A stretch of 63,953 nucleotides of DNA, filler included, from Reticulomyxa filosa (Eukaryota; Protista; Foraminifera), in the NCBI GenBank assembly GCA_000512085.1. It is 12 parts of 12 records of this genome, joined end to end, with 100 filler letters (N's around TTAATTAATTAA, not from the genome) between each part and the next. Parts side by side here need not be neighbours in the genome. Positions count along the whole stretch, not along the records: positions 47,405 to 53,374 come from ASPP01022473.1; positions 53,475 to 54,793 come from ASPP01019719.1; positions 54,894 to 57,606 come from ASPP01019863.1; positions 57,707 to 59,374 come from ASPP01026597.1; positions 59,475 to 62,697 come from ASPP01026695.1; positions 62,798 to 63,953 come from ASPP01000241.1; 6 more parts are not named here. One strand, given 5' to 3'. The notes under the pieces were generated by a model. It did no database searches. It saw nothing but the letters and a program-made list of their open reading frames with translations, and was not told where the DNA came from. Made by a program: the position numbers and the translations under genes. Shown one piece after another: positions 49,939 through 63,883 of the stretch; the first letter of the stretch is position 1; each line of letters begins with the position of its first letter.

Positions 49939-50912
49939 GGTTCTAAATTTGTGATTACAATGCACGAGGAAACTCCAAATGTTTAAACACAGGAGTAAAC
50001 TGCTTTTTTGGTTTTTACAAAAAAAAGCGTTTCAAAATAGAAAAGGTTTTTAGATTAATTATGAATAATAATTTTCGAGTATTACATTTGCAAGACAATG
50101 AATACACAAAATATATTTTACAATAATATATAAGATTGGATTTGTCACGTGTGGCAAGATGATTTGCTTTTTTCAATAGTTTTTGGAAATTTAATAAGTA
50201 TTATTTTTTAATTTAATGTCAGTACTTTAAAATAAAATTAATATTTGACTTCTGCATGCCCACTTTTATGTCGTTTTTGATACTTTATATTTTTGCCTCA
50301 TTTGATATACACGCAACCGCATTTAACAATACAGTTAATAACCAAGAAAACATTTAAAGTCGTCCTGCTGTTTTGTAATGAAAGTGTAATACGAAAGCAT
50401 AATATTTTACAAAACTCAATATAACGTAATAAAAAAACAAAAAGAAAAAAACAGGAGAAAGAGGTAAATAAGTGCTGGAAAAAAAGGTGCTGAAGTTCAA
50501 CGAGCTTTACTCTGTATGCCGTACTATATTTGTTTAAGCAAAGCTAATTCACTCGTATAAATTATTTACTTTTATGAGTGTACAAGTTTTTGCAAAACTA
50601 AACGAAGTGATACTTTTGAAATCACCAGAGTTTTTTACCAGAAAAGATTGTTAAAGAAAACGTCCCTTTTTACTATTCTTAACGAAACTTTTTTGCATAA
50701 AATCCCAAAATTTTCAAAACAAAACTTCGAATGATTTTTTGATTCAAAATATTTTTGATTTTTATTTTGAGTTTTGTCCATTGTCCACTTTTGTGAAATA
50801 AAGCTCATAATAAGAGATTATCATTTACAATGAACAATCATCCTCAAATCAACCTTTAAATCGAAAAACAAATTTGTGTGTATCGTATTTTTTTAAATAA
50901 GAGAAAAAAAGA

Positions 50913-53374
50913 ATGTTACAAAGATTACGTCAGGCATTAGGACGTGAAGAACAACAATGGAGCAACGAATATCTGACACAGCTCAATGGAACAAGCAACC
51001 GAGAAGCGTTGACTATGACAGACATGTTAAATGCAAACCATCCCAGAAGCGATGGCAGCAACGAAAGCAATGAGAGATCAATAGATAATATAAACAATAA
51101 CAACTATTATACAAATACTAACACAAATAATAATGACAACAATACTAATGAACAAAGTGACGAAGAATGTTGTCACAACGCAGCAATCAAACTGCGAAGT
51201 ACCGGTTACACTCGAACTGATGACGGCAGCGTCATCTTATCCGTTGCACTAGACAAGGATCAAATTGAATGTTGTGTGTGTCTACACTCAATGACCGGAA
51301 ACATCTACCGTTGTGCGGCAACGGGGAACATATGTCATAACATATGCCGTCAGTGCGAATGGCAACTTAGGTATTTTTTGTTGTACATCAGCTTCAGTTT
51401 GCTGGAAAAAAAAAGATTTGTTATTACAAAATAGACGTATGAAAAATGCCAATGGCCATGCAAAACAAATAAAATGCCCTATTTGCAAAACTGAGGGGAT
51501 ATTCAAAAGACATAGGTGTTTATTTACACATTAAACATAGCATTCATTTTTTATCCCCGCCCCTACCCCCTTTAACTTTAAAAAATAGCAAACAAAAAGT
51601 TTCTTAAAAAATACAGAGCTTTGGAACGTCAATTAAAAGAAATTTATCTCCCCTGTCAAAATCATAAACTGGGTTGTAGTGAAAAATTTTTTCCCTGGGA
51701 TGATATAGAACGAGAAGAACATTTAAAAGTTTAGAATCTAAATAACTGTGTTTCAAACTTTTGTCAATTTTTTGGCCTTTCGTTTGGGAAAAAAAAGATC
51801 TGTATGTTCGGGCCCGTGTGGTGTCCATTTTGTTTGCGATCAATTCCTGGAGGTCGATCCAGTTTTGTATCTCATTTACGCAAAACTGAGCAAGTGATAA
51901 CAACGAAAGACTCAAATGGTAACGATCTTATGTCTCAAGCTGATTTACAAAATGCAAAAGAACTAAGAGAGATTATAGATGTTGAAAATGAAGAAAGTAT
52001 GAAGTAAAACATTAATAAATTAGATTTAAAAAAAAGATAAATTAAAAAGTTGTTTTATGAATAGACTCAAATGCAATGAATAATGACATTGAAAGTGAAG
52101 AGCACAAACAAAATGCAAGTAGTATAAACATAAATAAGATCGATATTCCAGTCTGTATATATAAATTTAAAGAATTGCAAAGTGTGGAAGATTTGCAAAA
52201 AAACAATGCATTTACTGTTCCTCGAACGGAAGATTCGTATTATGTAAATGACGAATTTGGATATGTACTTATTTTTTTGGCGCCGACTGTAACGGACAAC
52301 ATTTGGAAAGTGTATTGCATTAGTATTTCACCACATCACAACATCAGTGGCAACAATCGTGTATATATTAGCTATTGGGACGAAAAAGAATTTAGTCGGT
52401 ATGATGACATTGAGTCACATGTCGGGGTACTAGGGGAAGCGTTACTCCGGCCTGTACAACATCAATTAATTATCAACATGGCCAGATTGTCTCCTGCTTC
52501 ATTCAACTTATTTGCAAAATCAGAGCATTTAAAGATGAATTCAAATACACTTAAAAACAATAGCCAATTCTGGATTGAATTTCCTGAGGTGAAAACCCCG
52601 AGCCATGACCTCAAACAAACTAAGTGTTCCAGTTGGAAAGTAGAAACAATATCTCCACACCAACAAAATCAAATTACAATATCTAAAAACGCAAGCTCTC
52701 TGCCCTTGATATCTCACTTCGGTGCGTTTAAAATTTTTTTTTTATCTTTAAAATATCATTTAAAACTTTTTTGTTTTATTTCCTCAGGTGAAAACAAAAA
52801 TTGGTGTTCTTCGTCTGAAGGGGGCATTACCAAAACTTTGTACAAGTGGAATACCTGCAATGATGGCAATGTCGAGCAATCATCAAGTGTTGCAGCAACA
52901 TACACACATGAACGTCTCGTCGATGAAAACTACCGCAATCAGATTACAACTGCTCTTGACCCAAGTGACGACACCATGGACACAACCATTGATAAAGTGT
53001 TTGGGTTAGAAAAACGAAGGCACTCAAACATCAGAAATGTCCAAGAAAGCCAAAGAAGAGAAGAGTTGGTTACTGCAAACAGTGATCGAGTGAGTGATCC
53101 ACACGAAGAACTTTGGAGTGAGAGTACCAATATGGAAGAGCACAACAATGGCGACACGATGAGTTGCAACCATACTGACGAAGACGAAGAAGATAGTGTT
53201 AAATTGTACGAAAAGTTTACCTCGGATATGACTCTCGGGGATTGCAGCCATCCTTATTTAGCAAGGTCGGCTTGCACGCCATTGCAAGCTGGAGTCATTT
53301 ATGCTGGTGTTAAAGGCTCTTGTTTTTATTTGCAATCCTTAAAAATCCGAGTGTATATGTTAGAAGGTACTTTT
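50913..53374 (+). CDS. SINA/Siah-like RING plus zinc-finger E3 ligase, 3' partial
   Basis: IECCVC...IYRC...CHNICRQC...KCPICK, then ALERQL...PCQNHKLGC...EH...CMFGPVWCPFC. Confidence 0.8.
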
Positions 53375-53474
53375 NNNNNNNNNNNNNNNNNNNNNNNNNN
53401 NNNNNNNNNNNNNNNNNNTTAATTAATTAANNNNNNNNNNNNNNNNNNNNNNNNNNNNNNNNNNNNNNNNNNNN

Positions 53475-53859
53475 TTGTTTTTCCTTCTTCATGTCCTTGT
53501 TCTTGTTCAAATTGTCTTGGACATATCACATTCAATTCATCAATGTATTGTTTCGTCATTTGACCTTGAGAATATAAACAGTTGTCATGAGATTCAATTG
53601 GACAATAATTTGGGTTTTGACTAAGAAATTGCTTCAAACAATTCTCTCCGACAATCAATGATCCATTGATGTTTTTATGTTGATCACAATTGATTTTCAT
53701 TGGGTTGTTGGCAACTTGTTTGCAAATCAAACAAATAAAATCATTGATGTCTTCCTGCTGGTTCAATTGTAAAATCCAATTTTTGTCAAAGCAAGACTGT
53801 TGTTGAGTAATTGATCTCAAGTCCAGTTTTGCACTGTCTTCGCTTTTTTTTTCTTCCAT
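53475..53859 (-). CDS. TRAF-like RING-variant protein of a lineage-expanded family, 3' partial
   Basis: [13 protein letters not shown]...C..H...GENCL...CPI..H..C...LNVICPRQF. Confidence 0.75.
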
Positions 53860-54342
53860 CTTATTCAGTTTCTTCCTTTTGGTTCTTTAATTTCTTGGTT
53901 AGATGATGTAAAGGAATTGATTCTAGAGTTTTTTTTTTTGAAGTTTTCTTGAACTGGGAAAGTTTTGTTGTGATCAACTCTAATTTTTTTTTGGTACGAA
54001 AATAACACCATTTGAAATAAAAACTTGTCATAATATATTCTAAAGCAAAATTAAAAGTAATACTGTCTCATCATTACAAAGCAATAAAAACAATGGGTAT
54101 TATGTTTTTTCATAATTATGAGCTAATATTATCATTTAAGCAAAGTTTTTGTGTTGTTGCTGAAATTGAAGCAAAAATACTACATCGAAGGACCATATTT
54201 CAAATAACATTAAAGTAATAACAATGATAAATCATGTTTTTTTTCAAACATAAAAAAAAACTGGTCATTATGTCTTTTTACAAGGGTTGATCTTTAGCTC
54301 CTAAATAAAAAGTTCAAGTTGAATTGATCATTAAAAAAATAA

Positions 54343-54793
54343 ATGACAACAATGATGATTACAACTTTCAGAAGAGCCTGTTTTAGACAAAAAGAGCTAA
54401 ACAAGAGACCAATATGGAATCTCATTCCTTGCGTTCTCAGTAGACGATTTCATCAACTCAATACACATCAAGTCAAATTGAACGAACAACATCAAATGAC
54501 TCAATACAAGAAAAAGCTACAGGGACAACAGGGTGCATTATCAAAAACAACACCTTCTCCAGAATCACGAAATGAACGATCATTAATTCGGAAAATGAAA
54601 TCTGATAAAGAAATTATTCAATATCTCAAAGAGAGTTCATCTCAAGACATGTCTCTCTATGCTGCAGCTGTTAAAAGATGTTCAGAATTAAAATGTCCCA
54701 ATTCAATCATTCCAATTATTCAAATTGTGGAAAGCAGACATATTCATTTAAATATCATATTTTATAATACAATTTTAAATCATTTGGGAATGT
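54343..54793 (+). CDS. Probable mitochondrial pentatricopeptide-repeat protein, 3' partial
   Basis: Arg-rich presequence ending LSRRFH; PPR-like SLYAAAVKRC and NIIFYNTILNHLG. Confidence 0.7.
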
Positions 54794-55789
54794 NNNNNNN
54801 NNNNNNNNNNNNNNNNNNNNNNNNNNNNNNNNNNNNNTTAATTAATTAANNNNNNNNNNNNNNNNNNNNNNNNNNNNNNNNNNNNNNNNNNNNTAATCTT
54901 TACAAAATTTTTTATTCATTTTATCTTTAAAAAAAAAATTGATGACAACGTATTTTGAATGACAGAATGATCTTGACAAAATGTAAATTGTCACAAAAAT
55001 GCTTTATTTTTTTTTATGTTTGTGCTTGACGTTATATGAACATTCGAGTGATTTGTCAAGCAGACAACGAAAGATTTTACATTGAGATCGACGAAAGAGT
55101 TTGTGTGTTCAATCAAAGAATCAACAAAAGTTTCAAGCACCAGCCTTTCCGTTTCAGTGGAGACTTGGCAACATTCAATTTACGTAACCTTTAGCTATAT
55201 TTAAAAAAATTACAAGATTCGTAAATATTTTTTAAAAAATTGATTTAATATTGTTTTTTTCATGAAACATTCGTAATAATTATAAAGTACTGTTTTAGCT
55301 GTGTACTTTCTTTTTTATTCTACTGTTTATTCGCAAATTCGAGACTTGCAATGAAATTTTCTAGACTTTGCTTTTTCTAATTTTTCAAGAAATTCAACTA
55401 TTTCTCTTAAGCATTGTTGTCACAATTACAAACGAAACTATAATTTTGCAATTGTAATATACTTGTTTTTTAATATCTTTTGCAATTATACTTGCCAGAA
55501 ACAAGAAATCTCACAATTTTACGTTAACACATAAAATAATCTTTTATAATCTTTCAGGTCCAGTCTTTCTTGTTAAAGCTAATTTATGTTTATAAAGAGT
55601 TTGCTATGGTCGCATAAGATATACAAAATAAACTTTATAGTAACTAATCGAACGCTAGACACTTGGCAGCATAACAACATTGACCTTTCTTAAAGGACCT
55701 TCAAACTAACAAAAAGCAAACGCATTGAACATATTATTCATCAATTATTTTTTTGTTGAACGCTCAAATTCAAAAACAACAAACTAACT

Positions 55790-56892
55790 ATGACGACATG
55801 TAGTGCTTTCATGGCGGCTGTCCAAATGGAGCAAACAGCGTTCGCAGAAAGTTTCAACTGTTTTGGTTTCACACCTCCTGGAAAGGCACTTCTCAAGCAG
55901 TGTTTTCGACGGGTCCTGTAGTATTTCACCCAGACAGGAAATAAAATGTCCAGGATGTTTTTCCATCATCCCACAAACGCTATCAGACTTAATATCTCAT
56001 AAAACAAGTTGTTTATTTAATCGTTAAGAGTGCAACGCAAAAACGATGTGCGAATTTTCTTTGATTAGTCCCCTCCCCCTTTTTAAATGTTCCATTGCAA
56101 AAAAAAAAAAAAAAAATAGCCAAGTTATGTCAAGGTTGTCTGTTGCTTTTTGCATCGAACCAACAATACCACCTCCATCAAATGCAATGTAAATATTGCA
56201 TCGAAAAACGCCTAATAAAGAAGAATAAGGCTAGCAAGACAAAGAAAAGCAAGCAACGAATTCTTTCAAGATTAAGGCAAAAGCATGCCCAGCAATGTTG
56301 TTATTGCGGAAAAATGTTTTCTGGTCTTGGTTCAGTGAATCGCCATATCCACCGAGTTCATTTCAAAGTGTTTTGTTGTTTGCATTCGGAGTGTGGCAAA
56401 GTGTTTGGAAGTCGCTCGGATATGATGACCCATTATCAGACCCATTTCAAACATAACAACAACACTGCTGATAATAACGACATCAACCGGACCGCATTTT
56501 CCAAAAAGCATCAATGCAAAGATTGCTGTGCTACATTCAACAATGCAAAAGCTTTGCACAAACACATTGATACTTGCCACCACACTGCTAAATCCTTTGT
56601 GTGCCTTTATTGCCAAAAAAAATTCTCCCGGTTTGTTTCACTTTGAATCTTCTGACACAATTTCTATAAAAAAAAAAAAAAAAGGGTTAATGCAACAATA
56701 ATAATAAACAATAAAAAAAATAGAAGAGACAGCCTTCAAATCCATTGTCTGACACATTTGTTTGGCAAAGATGAGAGAAAAATTTTTCAGTGCGAAACTT
56801 ATGGGTCCAAGTTTACAAATAAATGCAATTTACGAAGACACTTGAAAAATTTCAAAAAAAGACATGAATCTATACGTACCTTTTCATCTTGA
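55790..56892 (+). CDS. C2H2 zinc-finger protein, multi-exon; last finger degenerate
   Basis: CCYCGKMF...HIHRVH, CLHSECGKVF...HYQTH, CKDCCATF...HIDTCH, CLYCQKKFSR|RDSLQIHCLTH. Confidence 0.85.
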
Positions 56893-57706
56893 AAGATAGA
56901 GGAAAATAAGAGAGTGCATTTTGTTTGTCTTGTTTTTGATTTTTCGTTGAGATATTAAAATTATTATCTTGATTGGTGGTATCTTTTTGCCAGAAATTAT
57001 TTCAAGTCCTTAAATCAAATTCATGCTAACAAAAGTGTTGGCTCCATAAATAAGTTTTAGGAGTGGGCACTTGTTCCGTAAAAAAGTTCACGTAACGAAA
57101 ATTCCCCGTTGAACATTGTTCTTTTAATTTGATTTTATTCTAAATCTGTTTTCAAAGGATTTTTTTTGTTATCTTTGCTGACTGATTGTTAACAAAACAA
57201 GTATGACTTTATCTTTAAATCAAAACGTACGTTACTTGGCGAGTGGACAGTTTCATGACCAATAACAACAGTCGTGGACACAATATCCACATACAGTACA
57301 ACTACATTTCGTTTATTGATCATCACAAACATAGAAGCAAAAACAAACAGAAAAACGTACTCATGCAAGTAAGCGTTATTTACTGACAAAGCAAATTCTT
57401 GTCACATGGGGAAAGGAAAAGCACGTTGCTAAAAAAGCAGCAAAAAAATTGCATGCATGAAAAATGATATAATCTTGTAAATAGGTGTAGGACAAGTCCA
57501 TATTATGAGTGTCTGAACGTCAAGTGAACGGAGGAATCCACAGTAGGTTAAACTTCATCAATAAACTTACTTCTTACTTTCTTGCTTCTATTTACTTTTC
57601 TTTTGTNNNNNNNNNNNNNNNNNNNNNNNNNNNNNNNNNNNNNNNNNNNNTTAATTAATTAANNNNNNNNNNNNNNNNNNNNNNNNNNNNNNNNNNNNNN
57701 NNNNNN

Positions 57707-57964
57707 ATATTTTTTAAAAAAGAAAGAACAAATAAACTAACATAATTGATGACAAGTTTATCAAAATCCTGGATCCATCCTAATTTAATGTTTGATGTTC
57801 TAATCCAATATTTAATAATTACTTTAATTTCTTCTTCTGATAGATTTACCTGAAATTACAATCAATCAAACCTTAAAAGTAACTCTTTCTGAAGGATAAG
57901 TCAAAATGAAATGTACCGCTGATTGTTTTGCTGCTGGTACTTTTTTACTGACAGAATTTCCCAT
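57707..57964 (-). CDS. First two exons of a lineage-expanded family member (MGN start; module typically followed by WD40/kelch repeats), 3' partial
   Basis: MGNSVSKK...|VNLSEEEIKVIIKYWIRTSNIKLGWIQDFDKLVINY| with intact splice sites; possible N-myristoylation; absent from the ORF track. Confidence 0.7.
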
Positions 57965-58346
57965 TTATTTTGTCTTAGATGACGATTAGTATGACGCAAG
58001 AGTTAAATTTGGAACTTTTTTCTATCCTAAAGGGGGCTTGTCAAACTGCTTTGACGATAGCAGATCAAATTTTTTTTTAGAGTTAAAATAAAGAAATAAG
58101 CCACCGAAAATTAAACTCAATTTTTGGAATGAAAAAATATAAATTTACCGATTATTTAGAAAGTACTTCGTCATCACATTACAAACTTTTTCTGTATTTT
58201 GTTTATTTTGTTGATTTTTTCATTCTTATTTCTGTTCAAATGTTGATAGATGTTTTAGGTAATCAAAATTATACTGTAATTTATTTGGAAATAATCGTTA
58301 TTTTAAGCCAACCAAAAATTAGAAAAAACTTCCTAAACTTAACAAC

Positions 58347-59374
58347 ATGGCCAAGCAAATTACAACACAAAACTTTCCTGAAACACAAACTGAACCAAGT
58401 CAACAGATTACTTCACACTTTCAAATTTTAAAGGAGTTGCACATTCCACTAAGAGATTCTCAATAATGTGCTACACAAACACGAACTTCTCATTTGTGGA
58501 GGTTTTAGACAAAGAGATTGTTATTCTTATCATACACTCAAAAACGAATATAAATTTATCTCTAAGTATCCAAGTCATGTTAAATTATTTGGACACTGTG
58601 TAGTGAAACTGGTAAGATAGCAACAGGTAACAACGACAAAGATAACAATCAAAAATGAAAATGAAACGAATAAATCAAAAAAATTCAATCAATTAAACAA
58701 ATTAAACAATCACAATCATCCAATTATCATTGGAAGAGAAAGAGATCATAATGATTATATTGGAGCAACAATCATTTGTTATTTATCACTTATAAATATA
58801 ATAATATTATTGTGTTTAATTTGAATATATTTCAATTTATTAAACATGATGAATTACCAACTAATAATTCAATATATTATCATTGCTTTGTATCAAAAAA
58901 ATAAACAAAATTATCAAATGCTATTGTTTTGTGAAAATACAGGATTATCAATTGAATATGATGAAGATAACAACACTTTTCAATTTCATCAACTATCTGT
59001 CTGTGATGATATTGTACTATTATTTGCATATGCATATATGTGTATCAATGATGTTATATTGTTCTTTGGTGGATATGATAATAAAGTTGTTTCAAAATCA
59101 GTGCACAAATATTCAATTCGAGAAAGCAAATGGACGATATTTCAAAACCTTTACCCAGTCCATTAAAAGATTGTATTGCAATATTGAGTGAAGACAACAC
59201 ATATGTGCATATTATTGGAGGATATGATGGAAAGCAGCGTATGTCAACACATATGAAAACTGAAGTGAGTGAATGGTTGAGTGAAGAAGAAATGAAAAAA
59301 GGAATTGAATTGAAAGTGGAAGAAAAGAACGAGGGAGTGGAAGAAGAGAACGAAGAAGTGGAAGAAGAGAACGA
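58347..59374 (+). pseudogene. Kelch-like family pseudogene
   Basis: HKHELLICGG...CYSYHTLKNEYKFI, ILFFGGY, VHIIGGYDG, with multiple frameshifts and stops. Confidence 0.85.
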
Positions 59375-59474
59375 NNNNNNNNNNNNNNNNNNNNNNNNNN
59401 NNNNNNNNNNNNNNNNNNTTAATTAATTAANNNNNNNNNNNNNNNNNNNNNNNNNNNNNNNNNNNNNNNNNNNN

Positions 59475-60770
59475 AAGCACGATAATAACGATAACAACAA
59501 TGACCAAGACCTTAAGTTGCTGTTGTCCCCAGACAGCTTCCTTGCCAACCCATTGCTCCCCACTGATTCGTCCGCCTTCTTTCTTAACGAAAGCGATGAC
59601 ACCAAATTGTCTCCTGAGTCAGAAACCTTTTTATTTGGCAAACAACGAGCACTTGCAGTTGAGAGTGGTTTTTGCACATACATACATACATATGCGCATA
59701 ATAACACACCTTTTATTACTTGTATAAAGTATATAATATATATATACAAATTTACTTTTTTAAAAAAAATAAAAAAAAATTCCGAGTAGTGTTTTTTTTT
59801 AACGTATAAAAATAAATAAATAAATAAATAAAAATAATACAAAAAGTTGTTCGATCCCGAATTTGCCGATGATAAATAATACACACAACATGTCAATGAA
59901 CCCAATGCGTCCAGTGAGTGCGCCACCATTGCACTCCTAGCAGCGAAGCGGCAATGGCAACAGCAACAGTCGTCAGCTTATTATCAAGGCGCCTTCATAC
60001 AAACTTGGACTCGCGAATATTGAAGCAGTTAAAATGGACCTGGTGGAGGAGCAGGAGCAGTTCTTACAGCTATGCCAGAACAAGTATGGCAGTAGATACA
60101 TTCAGAAGCTGTTGGACGACCGCAACGTGCCCATCCGTCACATCGAGCCAGTTGTTCGCGCTTCTCTGTCGCGATGGCATCGTCGTGTACTTGTGTCAAG
60201 ACTTATATGTCATTCAAAAGCTGTTGGAAACCATGTTCGAAAATGTGCGACACAATCTCGCCACAAAACCAGATGAAATGTCGATGAACAACTACAGCTG
60301 CAGAGTCGTGCAACTCGTGCTGCGCTACGACAATCCCGAGTACCTGGACATCAAACAGCTCATTCTCTCGCAAATCGACGCTACGGAGCAAGTGTTGGAC
60401 AAGTTTATTCAACACCCATCCGATAATCAATGTATATGTACATATATTGTATAAATATATACAATATATATTATGTCCTGAAAAGTTTGCGTACAATGTG
60501 ATCGCGTTCTGCTTAAGCAAGTGATGTTAGGCTTATCAACATCAAATGTTGGACGCTTTATTGTATGGATACAACAAACCTGCTTTGGTCGCCGACCTCG
60601 TGCGTAACGAGTACGGCAATTACGTCATTCAAACGATTGCCGAAGTCAGCATGTGCAAAGAATATAAAAAGTATCTATATGATTTGATTGATCAAATACA
60701 GACTAATGTTCACAGAACTGACTTGATCATATTTAAAAACTACAAGATTTATAAATATTTTTTAAAATAA
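59475..60770 (+). pseudogene. Pumilio/PUF RNA-binding protein, disrupted, 5' partial
   Basis: CQNKYGSRYIQKLL, NNYSCRVVQ, NEYGNYVIQ repeats; frameshift near 60170 and loss of GNY in QDLYVIQK. Confidence 0.78.
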
Positions 60771-62797
60771 AAAAAATTAGGTATAAATGTTGATTTTTCA
60801 TGGAGAAAATCAATTATCATCATATGATATCGTTTTATGCGCTCAGTTTTCTTTGCAACCTACTGTATGTAAAAAAACATAAAACGACCAAACCAACTTG
60901 TGATAATATACCAATATATTGCAAACACATTTGTGAAATTCATGTGAAAAAATATCAGTGTGGTAAAAAGTTAGATCGCAATCATTTTATATTAATTAGT
61001 GATGTTTGAAATGTAGTAAAAGTTGAATCAAAAACATTATTTTTCGTTTAAAAATATATGATAATAAAATATTTTTTAAAGCTGTGTTAAGTAGAATACA
61101 GCAAACTGTAATAGCACGTTGTATTTTTAAGTTTTTGTAAAGAAGATAAAAATTTATCTGTTGATTCCATTTGCTTTTTTAAAAGATAATCTTCAGTATA
61201 GCTTGCGTTTGAAATATGTCTGAAGAGGCTGAGAAAGTGCATTTACAAGAATGGTTTGTTTGAATGAAGCAACGCAGCATGTGTTGATAACAAAGGCAGT
61301 TGAAGAAAGCTTGGAGTTTAACTCGTTGACCGAAATGACAAAGCCTATGACAAAGAGCAAATCCCAACGTTTCGAATATTTGTAAAATCATTGAAGAGTC
61401 TGACAGAAGATGTGGCCAACAAAAAAGAGGAAAAAGAAGCAAAGCAGGACAACGCAGCAAAAGTGGAGGCAGCATAAAAAGCTCAGCGCTAAAGAGTGGT
61501 GACACAACAAACAAGAAGAGCACAGCAAAAGCAGAGACGAACCATCAAGAGGAAGTGAGAAAGAGGTTTACAAGGGGATGAAAGTATTGAATGCATCAAC
61601 GCACCGGTTACAAGAGTGATGATGTTATTGTTTAAAGTAATTGGAAATACGTATTCACTTAAAGTGTTTTTATGATTACACATTTTACGCTTATGAGTAT
61701 GAATATGCGTATTTAAAAAAAAAGGTGAACGAATGAAAAAAAAAAACAAACAGACGAAAAGCAAATAACAAATGTTGGCAGTGATAATAACATCCGCTTT
61801 GCCACAAGGCGATGCAAGAGAACAAACAAAGAAAAAAAAGAAGGGATACAACCACAGCCACGGCCATGTCATCACCAAAGAATTGATGTGCTTGTGTTTG
61901 CATATGCTCGAGTAGAATAAATTAATAAAAGTTGATTACAATTAAAATAAAATAAATACATTGTAGAAACCCCTTATTGATACAATTAACAATAAAATAT
62001 TATTATTAGCACACATAAAACAAAGCGTGCAAAAATATTTATTGTAATAGTTTGCAAAAATTAAAAATAACGACAAAAAAAAAAAAATTACATTAAATAA
62101 AAGTGGCTACAAATACGTTTTTAAAAAAAAGAAAAAAAAGAGAAAAAATGAAAAAGTAAAAGTATTTATCCGGCGTCGTTCTACAAATTATTCCTTTTTT
62201 TTTTTGCCTTTTTTTTCTTTTGATCCAGGACGAAAATGTAGCGATATCAGTATAAAAGGGGTTTCTTAAGAAAGTTCTTAAGGAATATACTTACAGTGTA
62301 TATATATAAATAAATGATAAGATTTTCTTAGAATTGCAAAGCTATCAACTGTTTCCAGTGTTTATCTTAATCGAAAATGAACAATTTGACTGATATTTCA
62401 AAAGTGCAAACTGACACTTCTTTTAAGTTTTTGGACACTCAACATTCTCACGACTGAAGTGGTTCAAGATTATTACAGTATATTGCAAAAAAAACCGCAT
62501 ACCTAAATGGCACTATATAAAGAGAATCGATTTTCTCCATGAAAAATAAAGATTTGAACCTAATTTTTTTAAAAAAAATATCTACTAATCTTTTAGTTTT
62601 TAAATATTAATTTTTTTTTTTTTGCTAATTTTCTTTATTGTTGATATTTTTAATTGATATTTAAAATAATGAAACATTTGATTGCTTTTAAGAAAAGNNN
62701 NNNNNNNNNNNNNNNNNNNNNNNNNNNNNNNNNNNNNNNNNTTAATTAATTAANNNNNNNNNNNNNNNNNNNNNNNNNNNNNNNNNNNNNNNNNNNN

Positions 62798-63566
62798 CTC
62801 CCTGTTTTACTCCAGAATTGATTGTATAAACTCTGGAATTGGTTATTGTTAATGCTTGATCTATTCTCCGATCGGAAACATTCCTGAAGGAGACATAGAT
62901 GATGTTGAACTAATTGGAGGTTTATCTCCAGTATGTTGGCTTTCGAAAAAAAGCCGTTGATGTTGTTCTGGAATTAATCAACTCGTTCATTGATCATATT
63001 CATTAATGCTGGTTTCACCGTTGGTATCCTCTTCGTTTTCTTGTTGTTGTTGGAATGCAATAGCAAATTGCTGAAAGAATGCCATCATTTCTGTATTGAT
63101 GCACGTAATTCAGCAATTTCATTTTTTAATTGCTTGATTTCTTCATTTTCAACATTCTTTTGTTCGTTTTTCTTTTGTTGGTTGTTTGTATTTTGTCTTG
63201 GAGGTTGGATATGATTCTTTCGTTCCTCTTTTTTATTCTCCGATTTGGTTTGTATCTTTGGTTTTTTAGGTTGTTTTACTTGTTCTTTCTTTTGTATAAT
63301 TTGCTTTTCACGAGATAAGTTAATTCCAATTTGTTGTCTTGTCTTTTGAATAACAGGACAAATAATTGAATCACTCGCATAATTACGTTTGCATAATATA
63401 CATCTTTATCTTTTTTTTTCTTCTTGTGGAAACAGTCTTCTGACGCATGATTGGATCTTCCACAATACTTATGTTTCCTTTTCTTTACACAATCTTTTGC
63501 GGAGTGGTGCAATCCGAAACAATTTTTGCATTGGTGGAAGAGTTGATATTGTTGCAAAGAGAGCAA
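62798..63566 (-). mobile_element. Non-LTR retrotransposon fragment: ORF1 zinc knuckles and start of ORF2 APE endonuclease, degraded
   Basis: CKNCFGLHHSAKDC, (H)KYCGRSNHASEDC and a third degenerate knuckle, then a coiled coil, then FQNNINGF (~62953-62973) and HLCLLQE (~62881-62900), the first APE motifs. Confidence 0.82.
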
Positions 63567-63569
63567 GAT

Positions 63570-63883
63570 TTAAAGCTGAAGTGGATCAACCTGAGTTGTT
63601 CCGAAGACCAGATCGAACAGCTCCGTTCCAGAATTTTCATGGATTGAATCCATTTTTCACCAGATTGTAAATGGTGTGAACGAGAAGAAGAAACTGCGGA
63701 ACATTTCCTGATGGAATGCCCACATTATCAAGAACTTAGAGATGCATGGCGAGCAGCAATTAATGCATTGTTGCCGCTCTTCAAGTTCAAGACATCGAAC
63801 CTGAGAAGTTTGGTGATTGGACAAGAGTCAAAGTTGTCAAGGAACTTACAAAGTTCGTTGTTGCAACTGGAAGAAAACTTTGA
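63570..63883 (+). mobile_element. Non-LTR retrotransposon ORF2 C-terminus (CCHC finger), degraded
   Basis: PDCKWCEREEETAEHFLMECPHYQELR and, after a frameshift, ELTKFVVATGRKL*. Confidence 0.85.

Noticed and set aside
61210-61585. Plus-strand coding-like stretch (EEAEKVHLQEW...)
   Set aside because: Multiple stops and frameshifts and no assignable family.
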